Position numbers and translations under genes: made by a program. The notes under the pieces are model-generated. The model was given only the letters and a program-made list of their open reading frames with translations, was not told where the DNA came from and searched no databases. This document shows, one piece after another, positions 1-9,929 of a stretch of DNA of 64,000 nt (positions are counted from its first letter, which is position 1; each line of letters starts with the position of its first letter). Location: the IMG/VR virus record IMGVR_UViG_3300021962_000027; one strand, 5' to 3'. The stretch is from a virus.

Positions 1-3000
1 TCATCTGGTTCAACGGGTACGAATGGTACCGCAGGTAATAGTGGTTTATCTAGATTAAGTGGTTCATCCGCTACTTCTGGTTCAAGTGGTACAGATGGTT
101 CAACTGGTGCTTCAGCATTAAGTAAAACATCAGGTACGTCTGGTTCATCAGGATCTACGGGTACGGCTGGTGTTGATGGTGCATCAAATAGTTCAAAAAC
201 TTCAGGTACAAGTGGTTCATCAGGATCAAATGGTATCGCTGGTAATAGCGGTTTATCCGCATTAAGTGGGTCAAGCGGTTCAACTGGTACAAATGGTACT
301 TCAGGTAATAATGGTGTTAATGGTAACTCTGGTTTATCTGCGTTATCTGGTTCAACAGGAACCTCTGGTTCTAACGGTACTGCTGGTGTTGCTGGTAACA
401 GCGGATTAAGTGCGTTAAGCGGTTCGAGTGGATCTACAGGTACAAACGGTACAGCTGGTATCGCTGGTAATAGCGGTTTATCTGCATTAAGTGGTTCATC
501 TGCAACATCAGGAACGAATGGTTCAAATGGTATCGCTGGTAATAGTGGTTTAAGTGCATTAAGTGGGTCTTCTGGATCAACGGGTACAAACGGTACCGCA
601 GGTGTTGCGGGTACATCGGGTGCTTCAGCTAATTCGGGTTCATCAGGAACGGGTGGTTCTAACGGTACGCAGGGTATAAACGGTGGATCAGGGTTAAGTG
701 GTTCTTCTGGTAGTTCAGCAACATCTGGTTCTACAGGTACTGCTGGTAATAGTGGTTTAAGTGCATTAAGTGGATCTTCAGCAACAAGTGGTAGTTCAGC
801 TACTTCAGGAACGAATGGTAGTGCTGGTATCGCAGGTAATAGTGGTTTATCTGCATTAAGTGGATCTTCTGGTTCTACAGGTACAAATGGTACAAACGGT
901 AACAATGGTATTAATGGTAATTCTGGGTTATCCGCATTGAGTGGTTCTACGGGAACCTCTGGTTCTAATGGTACTGCTGGTGTTGCTGGTAACAGCGGAT
1001 TAAGTGCGTTAAGTGGTTCATCTGGTTCTACAGGTACAAACGGTACGACAGGGGCTTCTGGTTTATCTAGATTAAGTGGATCTTCTGCAACTTCAGGATC
1101 AAGTGGTACGGATGGTACGGCTGGTGCTTCAGCGTTAAGTAAAACTTCAGGTACATCAGGTTCATCAGGATCTACGGGTACAGCTGGTGTTGATGGTGCT
1201 TCAGCGTTAAGTAAAACTTCAGGTACAAGTGGTTCATCTGGTTCTAATGGTGTAGCTGGTAATAACGGTCTAAGTGCTAATTCTGGTTCTTCTGGATCAA
1301 CGGGTACAAATGGTACAAACGGTAATAACGGTATTAATGGTAACAGTGGGTTATCTGCTCTAAGTGGATCTACAGGAACCTCTGGTTCTAATGGTACAGC
1401 TGGTATCGCTGGTAACTCTGGTTTATCTGCGTTAAGTGGTTCATCTGGTTCTACAGGTACAAATGGTACTGCTGGTAATAGTGGTTTAAGTGCGTTAAGT
1501 GGGTCTTCTGCATCTTCAGGTAGTTCAGCTACTTCAGGGACAGCTGGTTCTAACGGTTTATCTGCATTAAGTGGTAGCGCTGGATCATCAGCTACTTCAG
1601 GAACATCTGGTTCTGCTGGTATCGCTGGTAATAGCGGTTTAAGTGCGTTGAGTGGGTCTTCTGCAACCTCTGGTACAAGTGGTTCTAATGGTATTGTTGG
1701 CGGTAATGGGTTAAGCGCATTAAGTGGATCTTCTGGATCAACTGGTACGAATGGTACTTCTGGTAATAACGGTATTAATGGTAACAGTGGGTTATCTGCT
1801 CTAAGTGGATCTACAGGAACCTCTGGTTCTAACGGTACTGCTGGTGTTGCTGGTAACAGCGGATTAAGTGCGTTAAGTGGATCTTCTGGTTCAACGGGTA
1901 CGAATGGTACCGCAGGTAATAGTGGTTTATCTAGATTAAGTGGTTCATCCGCTACTTCTGGTTCAAGTGGTACAGATGGTTCAACTGGTGCTTCTGGATT
2001 GAGTAAAACATCAGGTACAAGTGGTTCTTCTGGATCTACAGGAACAGCTGGTGTTGATGGTGCTTCAAATAGTTCAAAAACTTCAGGTACAAGTGGTTCT
2101 TCTGGATCAACGGGTACTGCTGGCGTTGCTGGTAACAGTGGTTTAAGCGCATTATCTGGTTCAAGTGGTTCTACAGGTACAAATGGTACTGGGGGTATCG
2201 CTGGTTTAAATGGTGTTAGCGCTGTTTCGGGTTCAAGTGGTACATCTGGTACGGCTGGTAATAGTGGTTTAAATGGTTTATCTGGTAACTCTGGATCGAC
2301 TGGTACAAATGGTACAAATGGTATTAATGGTAATAGTGGTTTAAGTGCATTAAGTGGTTCTACGGGAACCTCTGGTTCTAATGGTACTGCTGGTGTTAAC
2401 GGTAATAACGGTTTATCTGCATTATCAGGTTCTACGGGAACCTCTGGTTCTAACGGTACGGCTGGTATCGCTGGTAATAGCGGATTAAGCGCATTAAGTG
2501 GATCTTCTGGTACTTCAGGTACAAGTGGTTCTAATGGTATTATTGGTGGTAATGGATTAAGTGCGTTGAGTGGATCAAGCGGTTCAACAGGTACGAATGG
2601 TACTTCTGGTAACAACGGTATTAATGGTAACAGCGGTTTATCTGCGTTATCAGGTTCTACGGGAACCTCTGGTTCTAACGGTACTGCTGGTGTTGCTGGT
2701 AATAATGGTCTAAGCGCTAATTCAGGTTCTTCTGGTTCTACGGGTACAAATGGTACGAATGGTATCGCTGGTAACTCTGGCTTATCTGCATTAAGTGGTT
2801 CGAGTGCTAGTTCGGGTACAAATGGTACAAATGGTATTAACGGTGGTAATGGTAACTCTGGATTATCTGGTTCTACAGGTACAAACGGTACAAATGGTGT
2901 TAACGGTGTGGCTGGTAATTCTGGATTATCCGCATTGAGTGGATCTTCTGGTACTTCAGGTTCTAATGGTACAACTGGTGCTTCTGGTTTATCTGCTCTA

Positions 3001-5130
3001 AGTGGTTCATCAGCATCTTCTGGTTCAAGTGGTACGAATGGTACGACAGGAACTTCTGGTTTATCTAGATTAAGCGGTTCATCTGCAACTTCAGGATCAA
3101 GTGGTACAGATGGTTCAACTGGTGCTTCAGCATTAAGTAAAACTTCAGGTACAAGTGGTTCAAGTGGTTCAACAGGTACATCGGGGGTTGATGGTGCATC
3201 AAATACTTCAAAAACTTCAGGAACATCGGGGTCTTCTGGTTCTAACGGTATCGCTGGTAATAATGGTCTAAGTGCTAATTCAGGTTCTTCAGGTTCAACT
3301 GGTACAAATGGTACCTCAGGTAACAATGGTGCGAACGGTAACTCTGGATTAAGCGGATTGTCTGGTTCTAACGGATCGAATGGTACAAATGGCGTTGCTG
3401 GTAATAATGGTAACAGTGGGTTAAGTGGATTATCTGGTTCTAACGGATCAAACGGTACGAATGGTAACAATGGTATTGCTGGTAATAATGGTTTATCTTC
3501 TATTAGCGGTACATCGGGTTCTTCTGGAACTGGTGGTACAAACGGTTTACCTGTTCCTTCTGGTTCTTCTACATTATCTGGTTCTTCTGGATCAAGTGGT
3601 ACTAATGGTACAAATGGTGTTGCTGGTAATAATGGTAACTCTGGTTTAAGCGGATTGTCTGGTTCTAACGGATCAAATGGTACAAATGGTATCAATGGTA
3701 TTGCTGGTAATAACGGTTTATCCGCATTATCTGGTTCTAACGGTACAAACGGTACAAACGGTATCAATGGTATTGCTGGTAACAGCGGGTTAAGCACATT
3801 AAGTGGGTCTTCTGGTACTTCAGGTACATCTGGTTCTAATGGTATTGCTGGTAATAATGGTGCTTCAGCATTAAGTGCGTCTTCAGGTACAAGTGGTACA
3901 AATGGTTCAAGTGGTAAAGCTGGTACAGCTGGTACATCTGGTATTAATGCATCTTCAGGTACTAGTGGTGTTGATGGATCAAGTGGTAGAACAGGTACGA
4001 ATGGTACTTCTGGTGCAAATGGTATCGCTGGTACTAGTGGTAACTCTGCGTTATCAGGTTCTACGGGTACGAATGGTACAAATGGTATCAATGGTATTGC
4101 TGGTAATAGTGGCTTAAGCGCATTAAGTGGATCTAATGGTACAAACGGTACGAATGGTAACAATGGTATTGCTGGTAATAGTGGTGTAAGCGGTGCCTCT
4201 GGATCCTCAGGCTCTAATGGTACAAACGGTACAACTGGTTTGATGGCTAATTCAGGCGCTTCAGGGTCTTCAGGGTCTTCAGGGTCTACGGGTACAAATG
4301 GTACAACTGGTGCAAACGGGCTGAGCGCTGGATTTGGTGCGACATTTGGTTCTGGTACATCGGGGTCTTCTGGTTCAACAGGTTCTAACGGTACGACTGG
4401 TAATAATGGTATTGCTGGTAACAGTGGGTTATCTGCTCTAAGTGGTTCAAGTGGTACGAATGGTACAAATGGTGTTGCTGGTAATAATGGTAACAGTGGT
4501 GTATCTGGTGTTAATGGGACAAATGGTACTTCTGGTAACAATGGTGCGAATGGTAACTCTGGATTAAGCGGGTTATCTGGTTCTAACGGATCAAATGGTA
4601 CAAATGGTGTTGCAGGTATTGCTGGTAACTCTGGATTAAGCGGGTTATCTGGTTCTAACGGATCAAATGGTACAAATGGTGCGAATGGTAACTCTGGTGT
4701 GAGTGGTTTATCTGGTAGTTCAGCAACAGCTGGTACAACAGGTACTGGTGGTGTATCAGGCGCTTCTCGTACAGCTGGTACATCAGGTGTGTCCGCAACT
4801 TCTGGTACGAATGGTACTTCAGGTGCTGGTACATCGGGTGTTGGTCAAAACGGTACCTCTGGTGCAAATGGTTCTTCTGGTACTACAGGTACAGCAGGTA
4901 CTTCTGGTGCTGGTGGTACAGCGGGTACTGGTAGGTTATCAGCTTCTTCAGGAACATCTGGTACAAACGGTACTTCTGGTGCTAATGGTACAAACGGTAC
5001 TTCAGGTAATGCTGGTAATTCTGGTTTAACTGGTGCTGGTGGTACTTCAGGTGCAAATGGTTCTAACGGTACCTCAGGCGCTGCTGGTACAAGTGGTCAA
5101 TCAATTAGCGGTACATCGGGTATCAGTGGT
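1..5130 (+). repeat. Low-complexity tripeptide repeat region with ~0.9-1.1 kb super-repeats
   Basis: Recurring GNSGLSALSGS/TGTNGT units. The SRL..SKTSGTSG..VDGAS block recurs near 49, 1066, 1930 and 3064. Bases 4-113 are identical to 1885-1994. Confidence 0.9.
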
Positions 5131-5583
5131 GGTTCATTTACAAACCAACCTGACTATTTGGTTAGAACAACAAGTACAACACAAGTACAGAGTGTTGGTT
5201 TCTTAAAAGCTGATATGACAAACTCTAGATTGGGTGTTAATAACGCTTCGCCAGCATATACCTTGGATGTTACGGGTGATATCTACGCATCTGGTGATGT
5301 TACAGCGTATTCAGATGAAAGAGTTAAGGAAAATATCGTAACGATTAGTGATGCCTTGAATAAAGTAAAAAGTATTAGAGGTGTTAACTATACAAGAAAA
5401 GATACTGAAGATAAATCATTAAAAATGGGTGTGGTTGCACAAGAAATCCAAAGAGTTGTCCCAGAAGTAATCTCAATTAGAGAAGATAACGGGCACTTAA
5501 GTGTGGCATACGCAAACTTGGTTGGTCTACTTATCGAAGCGATAAAAGATCTTGACAAAGAGATCCAAGAATTAAAGAAATAA
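1..5583 (+). CDS. Very large Gly-X-Y (Ser/Thr/Asn/Ala-rich) tail fibre with C-terminal peptidase S74 intramolecular chaperone; 5'-truncated by the window edge
   Basis: Frame 1 is open from base 1 (SSGSTGTNGTAGNSGL...), so the 937 start in the track is internal. The C-terminus, GDVTAYSDERVKENI...GVVAQE...VAYANLVGLLIEAIKDL plus a coiled coil, is the S74 chaperone signature. Confidence 0.9.
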   Translation, partial: SSGSTGTNGTAGNSGLSRLSGSSATSGSSGTDGSTGASALSKTSGTSGSSGSTGTAGVDGASNSSKTSGTSGSSGSNGIAGNSGLSALSGSSGSTGTNGTSGNNGVNGNSGLSALSGSTGTSGSNGTAGVAGNSGLSALSGSSGSTGTNGTAGIAGNSGLSALSGSSATSGTNGSNGIAGNSGLSALSGSSGSTGTNGTAGVAGTSGASANSGSSGTGGSNGTQGINGGSGLSGSSGSSATSGSTGTAGNSGLSALSGSSATSGSSATSGTNGSAGIAGNSGLSALSGSSGSTGTNGTNGNNGINGNSGLSALSGSTGTSGSNGTAGVAGNSGLSALSGSSGSTGTNGTTGASGLSRLSGSSATSGSSGTDGTAGASALSKTSGTSGSSGSTGTAGVDGASALSKTSGTSGSSGSNGVAGNNGLSANSGSSGSTGTNGTNGNNGINGNSGLSALSGSTGTSGSNGTAGIAGNSGLSALSGSSGSTGTNGTAGNSGLSALSGSSASSGSSATSGTAGSNGLSALSGSAGSSATSGTSGSAGIAGNSGLSALSGSSATSGTSGSNGIVGGNGLSALSGSSGSTGTNGTSGNNGINGNSGLSALSGSTGTSGSNGTAGVAGNSGLSALSGSSGSTGTNGTAGNSGLSRLSGSSATSGSSGTDGSTGASGLSKTSGTSGSSGSTGTAGVDGASNSSKTSGTSGSSGSTGTAGVAGNSGLSALSGSSGSTGTNGTGGIAGLNGVSAVSGSSGTSGTAGNSGLNGLSGNSGSTGTNGTNGINGNSGLSALSGSTGTSGSNGTAGVNGNNGLSALSGSTGTSGSNGTAGIAGNSGLSALSGSSGTSGTSGSNGIIGGNGLSALSGSSGSTGTNGTSGNNGINGNSGLSALSGSTGTSGSNGTAGVAGNNGLSANSGSSGSTGTNGTNGIAGNSGLSALSGSSASSGTNGTNGINGGNGNSGLSGSTGTNGTNGVNGVAGNSGLSALSGSSGTSGSNGTTGASGLSALSGSSASSGSSGTNGTTGTSGLSRLSGSSATSGSSGTDGSTGASALSKTSGTSGSSGSTGTSGVDGASNTSKTSGTSGSSGSNGIAGNNGLSANSGSSGSTGTNGTSGNNGANGNSGLSGLSGSNGSNGTNGVAGNNGNSGLSGLSGSNGSNGTNGNNGIAGNNGLSSISGTSGSSGTGGTNGLPVPSGSSTLSGSSGSSGTNGTNGVAGNNGNSGLSGLSGSNGSNGTNGINGIAGNNGLSALSGSNGTNGTNGINGIAGNSGLSTLSGSSGTSGTSGSNGIAGNNGASALSASSGTSGTNGSSGKAGTAGTSGINASSGTSGVDGSSGRTGTNGTSGANGIAGTSGNSALSGSTGTNGTNGINGIAGNSGLSALSGSNGTNGTNGNNGIAGNSGVSGASGSSGSNGTNGTTGLMANSGASGSSGSSGSTGTNGTTGANGLSAGFGATFGSGTSGSSGSTGSNGTTGNNGIAGNSGLSALSGSSGTNGTNGVAGNNGNSGVSGVNGTNGTSGNNGANGNSGLSGLSGSNGSNGTNGVAGIAGNSGLSGLSGSNGSNGTNGANGNSGVSGLSGSSATAGTTGTGGVSGASRTAGTSGVSATSGTNGTSGAGTSGVGQNGTSGANGSSGTTGTAGTSGAGGTAGTGRLSASSGTSGTNGTSGANGTNGTSGNAGNSGLTGAGGTSGANGSNGTSGAAGTSGQSISGTSGISGGSFTNQPDYLVRTTSTTQVQSVGFLKADMTNSRLGVNNASPAYTLDVTGDIYASGDVTAYSDERVKENIVTISDALNKVKSIRGVNYTRKDTEDKSLKMGVVAQEIQRVVPEVISIREDNGHLSVAYANLVGLLIEAIKDLDKEIQELKK

Positions 5584-5584
5584 T

Positions 5585-5620
5585 AAATAAGAAAGGGGCC
5601 TAAAACCCCTTTTTTTATTT
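5585..5620. terminator. Bidirectional intrinsic terminator between convergent genes
   Basis: AAAGGGG-cctaaaa-CCCCTTT stem flanked by A and T tracts. Confidence 0.8.
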
Positions 5621-6448
5621 CCTTAAACTATTAAGTGACTTTAAAGCCCTTTCTCTAGCCCTTTCCTTGTCGATTCTGACATTTTCATCAACAAATGGAT
5701 ACTTTATATTACCCAGGGATGAAATGATCTCTAAAGCGATGTTTTTGGCCTGTTGCGCATAACCAATACTAACATATTCTTTAGATGAATGCATGTTATA
5801 GTAACCAACCGAATAGTTTATGCACGAAAAATCATAAAATGAACCTAAAACACTAACATCGGTATATGGGTGCCTACCTAATACGTAATCACCCATATAA
5901 TCCTCTAGTATTGGTTCTATTGTTTTGTAGAAATCACCGTTTTCATCAAATAATTTAACACCGTTACAATAATGTGTTACCCAATCATTTTCAGGGGCAT
6001 CAAATTGTAGTGCATACCCAACATTTTCAAAAAATGTCTCATCCGCTAGTGTTGAACCGAAGCAACCATATTCTTCAGAAACGAAAAAAGCTGCTTTTAA
6101 GACCTCTACACGCTCAAGTAATTCCAAACACACATAAACACCCGCTTTATTGTCTCCACCGCACCCAGTGGGCTTATTTGTACCTTTTTCAACCGCATAT
6201 ATAATGTCTTCCTCATCAGGATGATGTAATATGTCCATGTCAACGATTCTATGTACAGAATCTGTATGTGCAACAACACATGGGTAATGTTCAGCAAAAC
6301 CTTTTATCACAAAGATATTACCGTGTTCATCTATCGTATAATCTAAATTATATTCATTAAGATATTTAGTTATTTTTGCTATGAGATATTGTTCTTGACC
6401 ACAATAAGTTGGGGTTGATAAAATATCTTTTAATTTTTCTTTACTCAT
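5615..6448 (-). CDS. M20/M28/M42-type zinc metallopeptidase
   Basis: Metal-ligand motifs in the expected order: AHTD, GGDNKAG, SEEYG, QFD, YNMHS. Confidence 0.8.
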   Translation of the reverse strand: MSKEKLKDILSTPTYCGQEQYLIAKITKYLNEYNLDYTIDEHGNIFVIKGFAEHYPCVVAHTDSVHRIVDMDILHHPDEEDIIYAVEKGTNKPTGCGGDNKAGVYVCLELLERVEVLKAAFFVSEEYGCFGSTLADETFFENVGYALQFDAPENDWVTHYCNGVKLFDENGDFYKTIEPILEDYMGDYVLGRHPYTDVSVLGSFYDFSCINYSVGYYNMHSSKEYVSIGYAQQAKNIALEIISSLGNIKYPFVDENVRIDKERARERALKSLNSLRK

Positions 6449-7010
6449 TAAAATATGATTTTAAATTTTGTTTTTGGATAATACCTTTTAATGTTGTTAC
6501 ATATATTGGGGCTTCAGCATAACTACTGGACAAGTATAAAAAGTATTTATCTTCGGTATTTAAGTCGTTTAGATACGCACATTGGAAAAAAGCCATATCT
6601 AAAACACCATCCTGCCATTTCTTATAAAAAGCGAAATTATTCTTTGACCCAGAGGCTGTTGTCATTCTATTTCTAGCCTCTCGCATACCGAATAAATTAT
6701 TATTTGTTTTAAATAACCCGCTTCTACCCATACCGCTCTCAACAATAGCTTGTGCCATCACAATATAGGGGAATTTTATTTTTTTATTTTTTAATTCGTC
6801 AATGAATTTCTCTTTTGAGAATTTGTCCCTCTCTTTTTGTAGGTTAATTATTCGCACTCCCTTTTCAATGGTATCTAAAGTATCTGATTGGAAGTATCTA
6901 CCAATAAAAAAGGAACCTACCATCAATAAAATGGTGGTTCCTAATGCTATTTTTACACCAAGTTTGTTCTTGACAAACTTTAGTTGTTGATCATCGTATT
7001 TATAAAACAT
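6441..7010 (-). CDS. GH73 glucosaminidase/muramidase with N-terminal membrane anchor
   Basis: AQAIVESGMG...NNNLFGM and C-terminal YAEAPIY motifs; hydrophobic helix IALGTTILLMVGSFFIG. Confidence 0.8.
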   Translation of the reverse strand: MFYKYDDQQLKFVKNKLGVKIALGTTILLMVGSFFIGRYFQSDTLDTIEKGVRIINLQKERDKFSKEKFIDELKNKKIKFPYIVMAQAIVESGMGRSGLFKTNNNLFGMREARNRMTTASGSKNNFAFYKKWQDGVLDMAFFQCAYLNDLNTEDKYFLYLSSSYAEAPIYVTTLKGIIQKQNLKSYFNE

Positions 7011-7036
7011 AACTATTGCTACATAGGGTATAGCAA

Positions 7037-7044
7037 CAAATATA
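7037..7044 (-). promoter_or_regulatory. Bacteroidota primary-sigma -7 element (TATATTTG) upstream of GH73
   Basis: Matches the TAnnTTTG consensus, 27 nt before the start. Confidence 0.55.
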
Positions 7045-7045
7045 C

Positions 7046-8323
7046 CTAAAAAAACTTACCAAAAAAACTTTTCTTATCTTTTTTTTCTAAATCTTCTTCA
7101 ATAACACCTGCTTCGGGTCCGTCTTTTTTGGTTAAAAGCCTATCAACAGCATCTATAACGGTTTGGGTACTAATAGTTTTAGAACATTCGAAATGTCTTG
7201 GGGTATCTTTATGATCTGGGCACCATTCCCAATCCCCTGGGTTTAACCAATGTCTATTAAAGCACCCATTACAAACATTTTGATCTGGGTTAAAAATTCT
7301 TTCACAATCAGCGAACTCGGATAACGGGTAGCTAAATCCAGAGATGAGCGCTGTTGGTGTACCAATTGCCCATGATAACCAACTTAAACCACTACCAAGT
7401 CCAATAAAGGCGGATGCGTGTTTAATATCAATCATTCTATCAACAAGACCGATATGACCACCTGTTTTATCAATAACATTTTTTAGAGTACCCCCGAGTT
7501 TGGAATCATGCCAGGTATCACCTAATTTTTCTGATGTGATCATAACAACCTTATAACCATTATCATTTAAGTGATCGATAACACCTTGCCAACCACCTGG
7601 ATGATTCCAATATTTAGCGTGCGCAGAGGCGTGTGGTGCAATAATCACGTATTTACCATCAATTCTACTTGGTTCCTCAGGTACAAAAACTTTGGGTTTA
7701 ACTTCCGTGTAATCGAGCCCTAAAATACATGAACTAGTTTCTTGTAAGGGGTGTTGTTTAAAATCGATTGGGATTTTTGTTTTAACAACCTCTTTGTTAT
7801 CATAAAACCAACCAATTTTATACATCGCATATAAATCAACAACAGGTGTGCCTGGTTTAACAAATTCAATATCAGGGTACATAGATTCAAACCATTCATT
7901 ATGGAAAGTTGAGCATAATACTTTACACCCATGTTTTTTTCTAAATTCATCCGCATACGGGAACCAAGCCATTGTATCACCAACAGCTGAACTATCTAAA
8001 TGAATGTAAACTCTTTTGCCGTTACAATCATATGTGTGTTCAAAAACCAATTCATCGGTATCTAATTCATATACCTTAATATTCCACTCAATGAAATATT
8101 CAATAGAGCTTTTCGTCCACATATTATTCGTAATTTCTGATACGTGGTGAATATCCCCAGTTTTGTTATCAGAAAAAACAACCTTATATTTTTTAGATAT
8201 AGGTCCTTTGATTTCACATAAAGCTCCATTCACAAAATGCACTATAAATGAATTTGATGGTTCTTTATAATCTCTTCTTAAGATTTCTGTGTTATTGTAT
8301 TCGTTAATTAAGATGTCCTTCAT
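7046..8323 (-). CDS. Aah/TibC-family (BAHT) protein O-heptosyltransferase-like glycosyltransferase
   Basis: N-terminal beta domain, GDTMAWFPYADEF, FIGLGSGLSWLSWA, SGFS..EF and the four-Cys iron site CNGC...WCP.HK.T...FEC, as in TibC/Aah. Confidence 0.85.
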   Translation of the reverse strand: MKDILINEYNNTEILRRDYKEPSNSFIVHFVNGALCEIKGPISKKYKVVFSDNKTGDIHHVSEITNNMWTKSSIEYFIEWNIKVYELDTDELVFEHTYDCNGKRVYIHLDSSAVGDTMAWFPYADEFRKKHGCKVLCSTFHNEWFESMYPDIEFVKPGTPVVDLYAMYKIGWFYDNKEVVKTKIPIDFKQHPLQETSSCILGLDYTEVKPKVFVPEEPSRIDGKYVIIAPHASAHAKYWNHPGGWQGVIDHLNDNGYKVVMITSEKLGDTWHDSKLGGTLKNVIDKTGGHIGLVDRMIDIKHASAFIGLGSGLSWLSWAIGTPTALISGFSYPLSEFADCERIFNPDQNVCNGCFNRHWLNPGDWEWCPDHKDTPRHFECSKTISTQTVIDAVDRLLTKKDGPEAGVIEEDLEKKDKKSFFGKFF

Positions 8324-9929
8324 ATTTTTTGTAGATAAAATTATTTATTATTAATAAGTCAACGATATTATTTTCCAGATGGTTAAACGCTTCGTTAGGG
8401 TGGCATACAATTGGTTCTTCGTGTACATTAAATGATGTGTTTAAAAGAATTGGTACACCAGTTATTTTATTATACTCATCCAAAATTCTATAGAAGGTTG
8501 GATTACTTTTTTTGGTAACTATTTGTATTCTAGCTGTTTTATCTTTAGGGTGGACAACCGTTGGTATTCTATCCGCCCATTCGGGTCTTGTGTCATATAA
8601 CATTGTCATAAACTCAGCCGTATACCTTGATTTAGAGACATTAAAAATCGTATTAGCGTGTTCTTCCATAACAGCTGGTGCAAATGGCATGAAATCATTT
8701 CTTTGGAGCTTATTATTGATCTTGTCATAGGTATCTGGGTTAGTCACCTCACCAATAATACTACGATTACCTAATGCTCTTGGCCCATGTTCATACCTAC
8801 CATTAAAAACACCTATAATTTTACCCTCGGAAAGATATTTAGCAGCCAATTCTGGTGTAAAAATTTCTCTAGAGAAATTGTTTTGATCCCAATAGTTTTC
8901 ACCAACCTCAGCATCGGTATATTCAGTACCCATAAACATGTTCTCTAATCTAAATGGTTTGAAATCTGGTGTAAACATCTTGTGCACTAATAACGCACAA
9001 CCCAGTGGGCAACCTTCATCACCCATTGGTGGGGCTACAAACATCTCGTCAACCCAATATAACTCATTAATACGTTTATTTAATTTAACATTGGCAAAAA
9101 CACCACCAGCAACTGCAACTTTTTTAATATTTGGGAACATATTATGTAGGTTATTAAAAACCTCTAATATTTTTTCCTCAAAAACCATTTGACCAGTATA
9201 AGCCAGATCAGCTTTTTTACCAAAAAATACCTTAGACCCCATCGATGTATAATATTTAGTATAGAAATCAACGTACAATTGTCCAAATAATACCTCGGAT
9301 TGATCTTTATCGGTATGAATACCCTCTATCTTAATACATTCATTAAAAGCTTGATATGAGAAGCTATCGTGTTCACCATGCCCAGCCATACCAACAACTT
9401 TACCTTCATCCTTAAGTCTTTTAAAACCTAAAAATTCTGTTAACATAGCGTAATAATGACCAAAAGATTTTCTTGTTAAATCTAACCCATCAATGTATTG
9501 TAAATTACCGTTGGTACCTATAAAATATTTAGCACTATATTGTCCACCACTAGCATCCATTGTAACGACAAGTGTATCATCGGTAAAACTACTCATATAA
9601 TATGCTGTTCCAGCGTGTGAATCATGGTGATCTATAAATATAAATTTTTGTTCTGGGAATAAACCCAAACCTAAACCTTCCCAAAATATTTTAACCTCAT
9701 TTTTGGGGTAATAACTAGTAATATAATCAATAGAATTACAATCTAAATTAAACCTATTGATGGCCTCATGCATTGATGATTGTGGGTACCTAAAAGTATC
9801 ACTATAAAAATCTTTATACACCTTTACCCTGGTATGTCTTTCTTCTTCTAAAGAAAAAATTATCTTACCGTTATCGATTAAACTAATACCACATGAATGC
9901 GACCCCGCTGAAATCCCTAATATCTTCAT
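8304..9929 (-). CDS. O-carbamoyltransferase (NodU/CmcH/TobZ family)
   Basis: EEERHTR, HHDSHA, EGKVVGMA, AGGVFANVKLN, EHGPRALGNRS, MPFAP, TARIQ and LNTSFNVHEEPIV motifs. Confidence 0.93.
   Translation of the reverse strand: MKILGISAGSHSCGISLIDNGKIIFSLEEERHTRVKVYKDFYSDTFRYPQSSMHEAINRFNLDCNSIDYITSYYPKNEVKIFWEGLGLGLFPEQKFIFIDHHDSHAGTAYYMSSFTDDTLVVTMDASGGQYSAKYFIGTNGNLQYIDGLDLTRKSFGHYYAMLTEFLGFKRLKDEGKVVGMAGHGEHDSFSYQAFNECIKIEGIHTDKDQSEVLFGQLYVDFYTKYYTSMGSKVFFGKKADLAYTGQMVFEEKILEVFNNLHNMFPNIKKVAVAGGVFANVKLNKRINELYWVDEMFVAPPMGDEGCPLGCALLVHKMFTPDFKPFRLENMFMGTEYTDAEVGENYWDQNNFSREIFTPELAAKYLSEGKIIGVFNGRYEHGPRALGNRSIIGEVTNPDTYDKINNKLQRNDFMPFAPAVMEEHANTIFNVSKSRYTAEFMTMLYDTRPEWADRIPTVVHPKDKTARIQIVTKKSNPTFYRILDEYNKITGVPILLNTSFNVHEEPIVCHPNEAFNHLENNIVDLLIINNFIYKKYEGHLN

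Noticed and set aside
434-5029. Short alternate-frame ORFs inside the fibre gene (434-616, 3425-3649, 3875-4117, 4655-4867, 4703-5029)
   Set aside because: Shadows of the repetitive GGT/TCx codon pattern, with V/L/Q-rich translations and no independent start signals.
1-5130. Ice-nucleation protein, PE-PGRS or CRISPR interpretation of the repeats
   Set aside because: No AGYGST octapeptides and no repeat-spacer structure; the S74 chaperone identifies a phage fibre.
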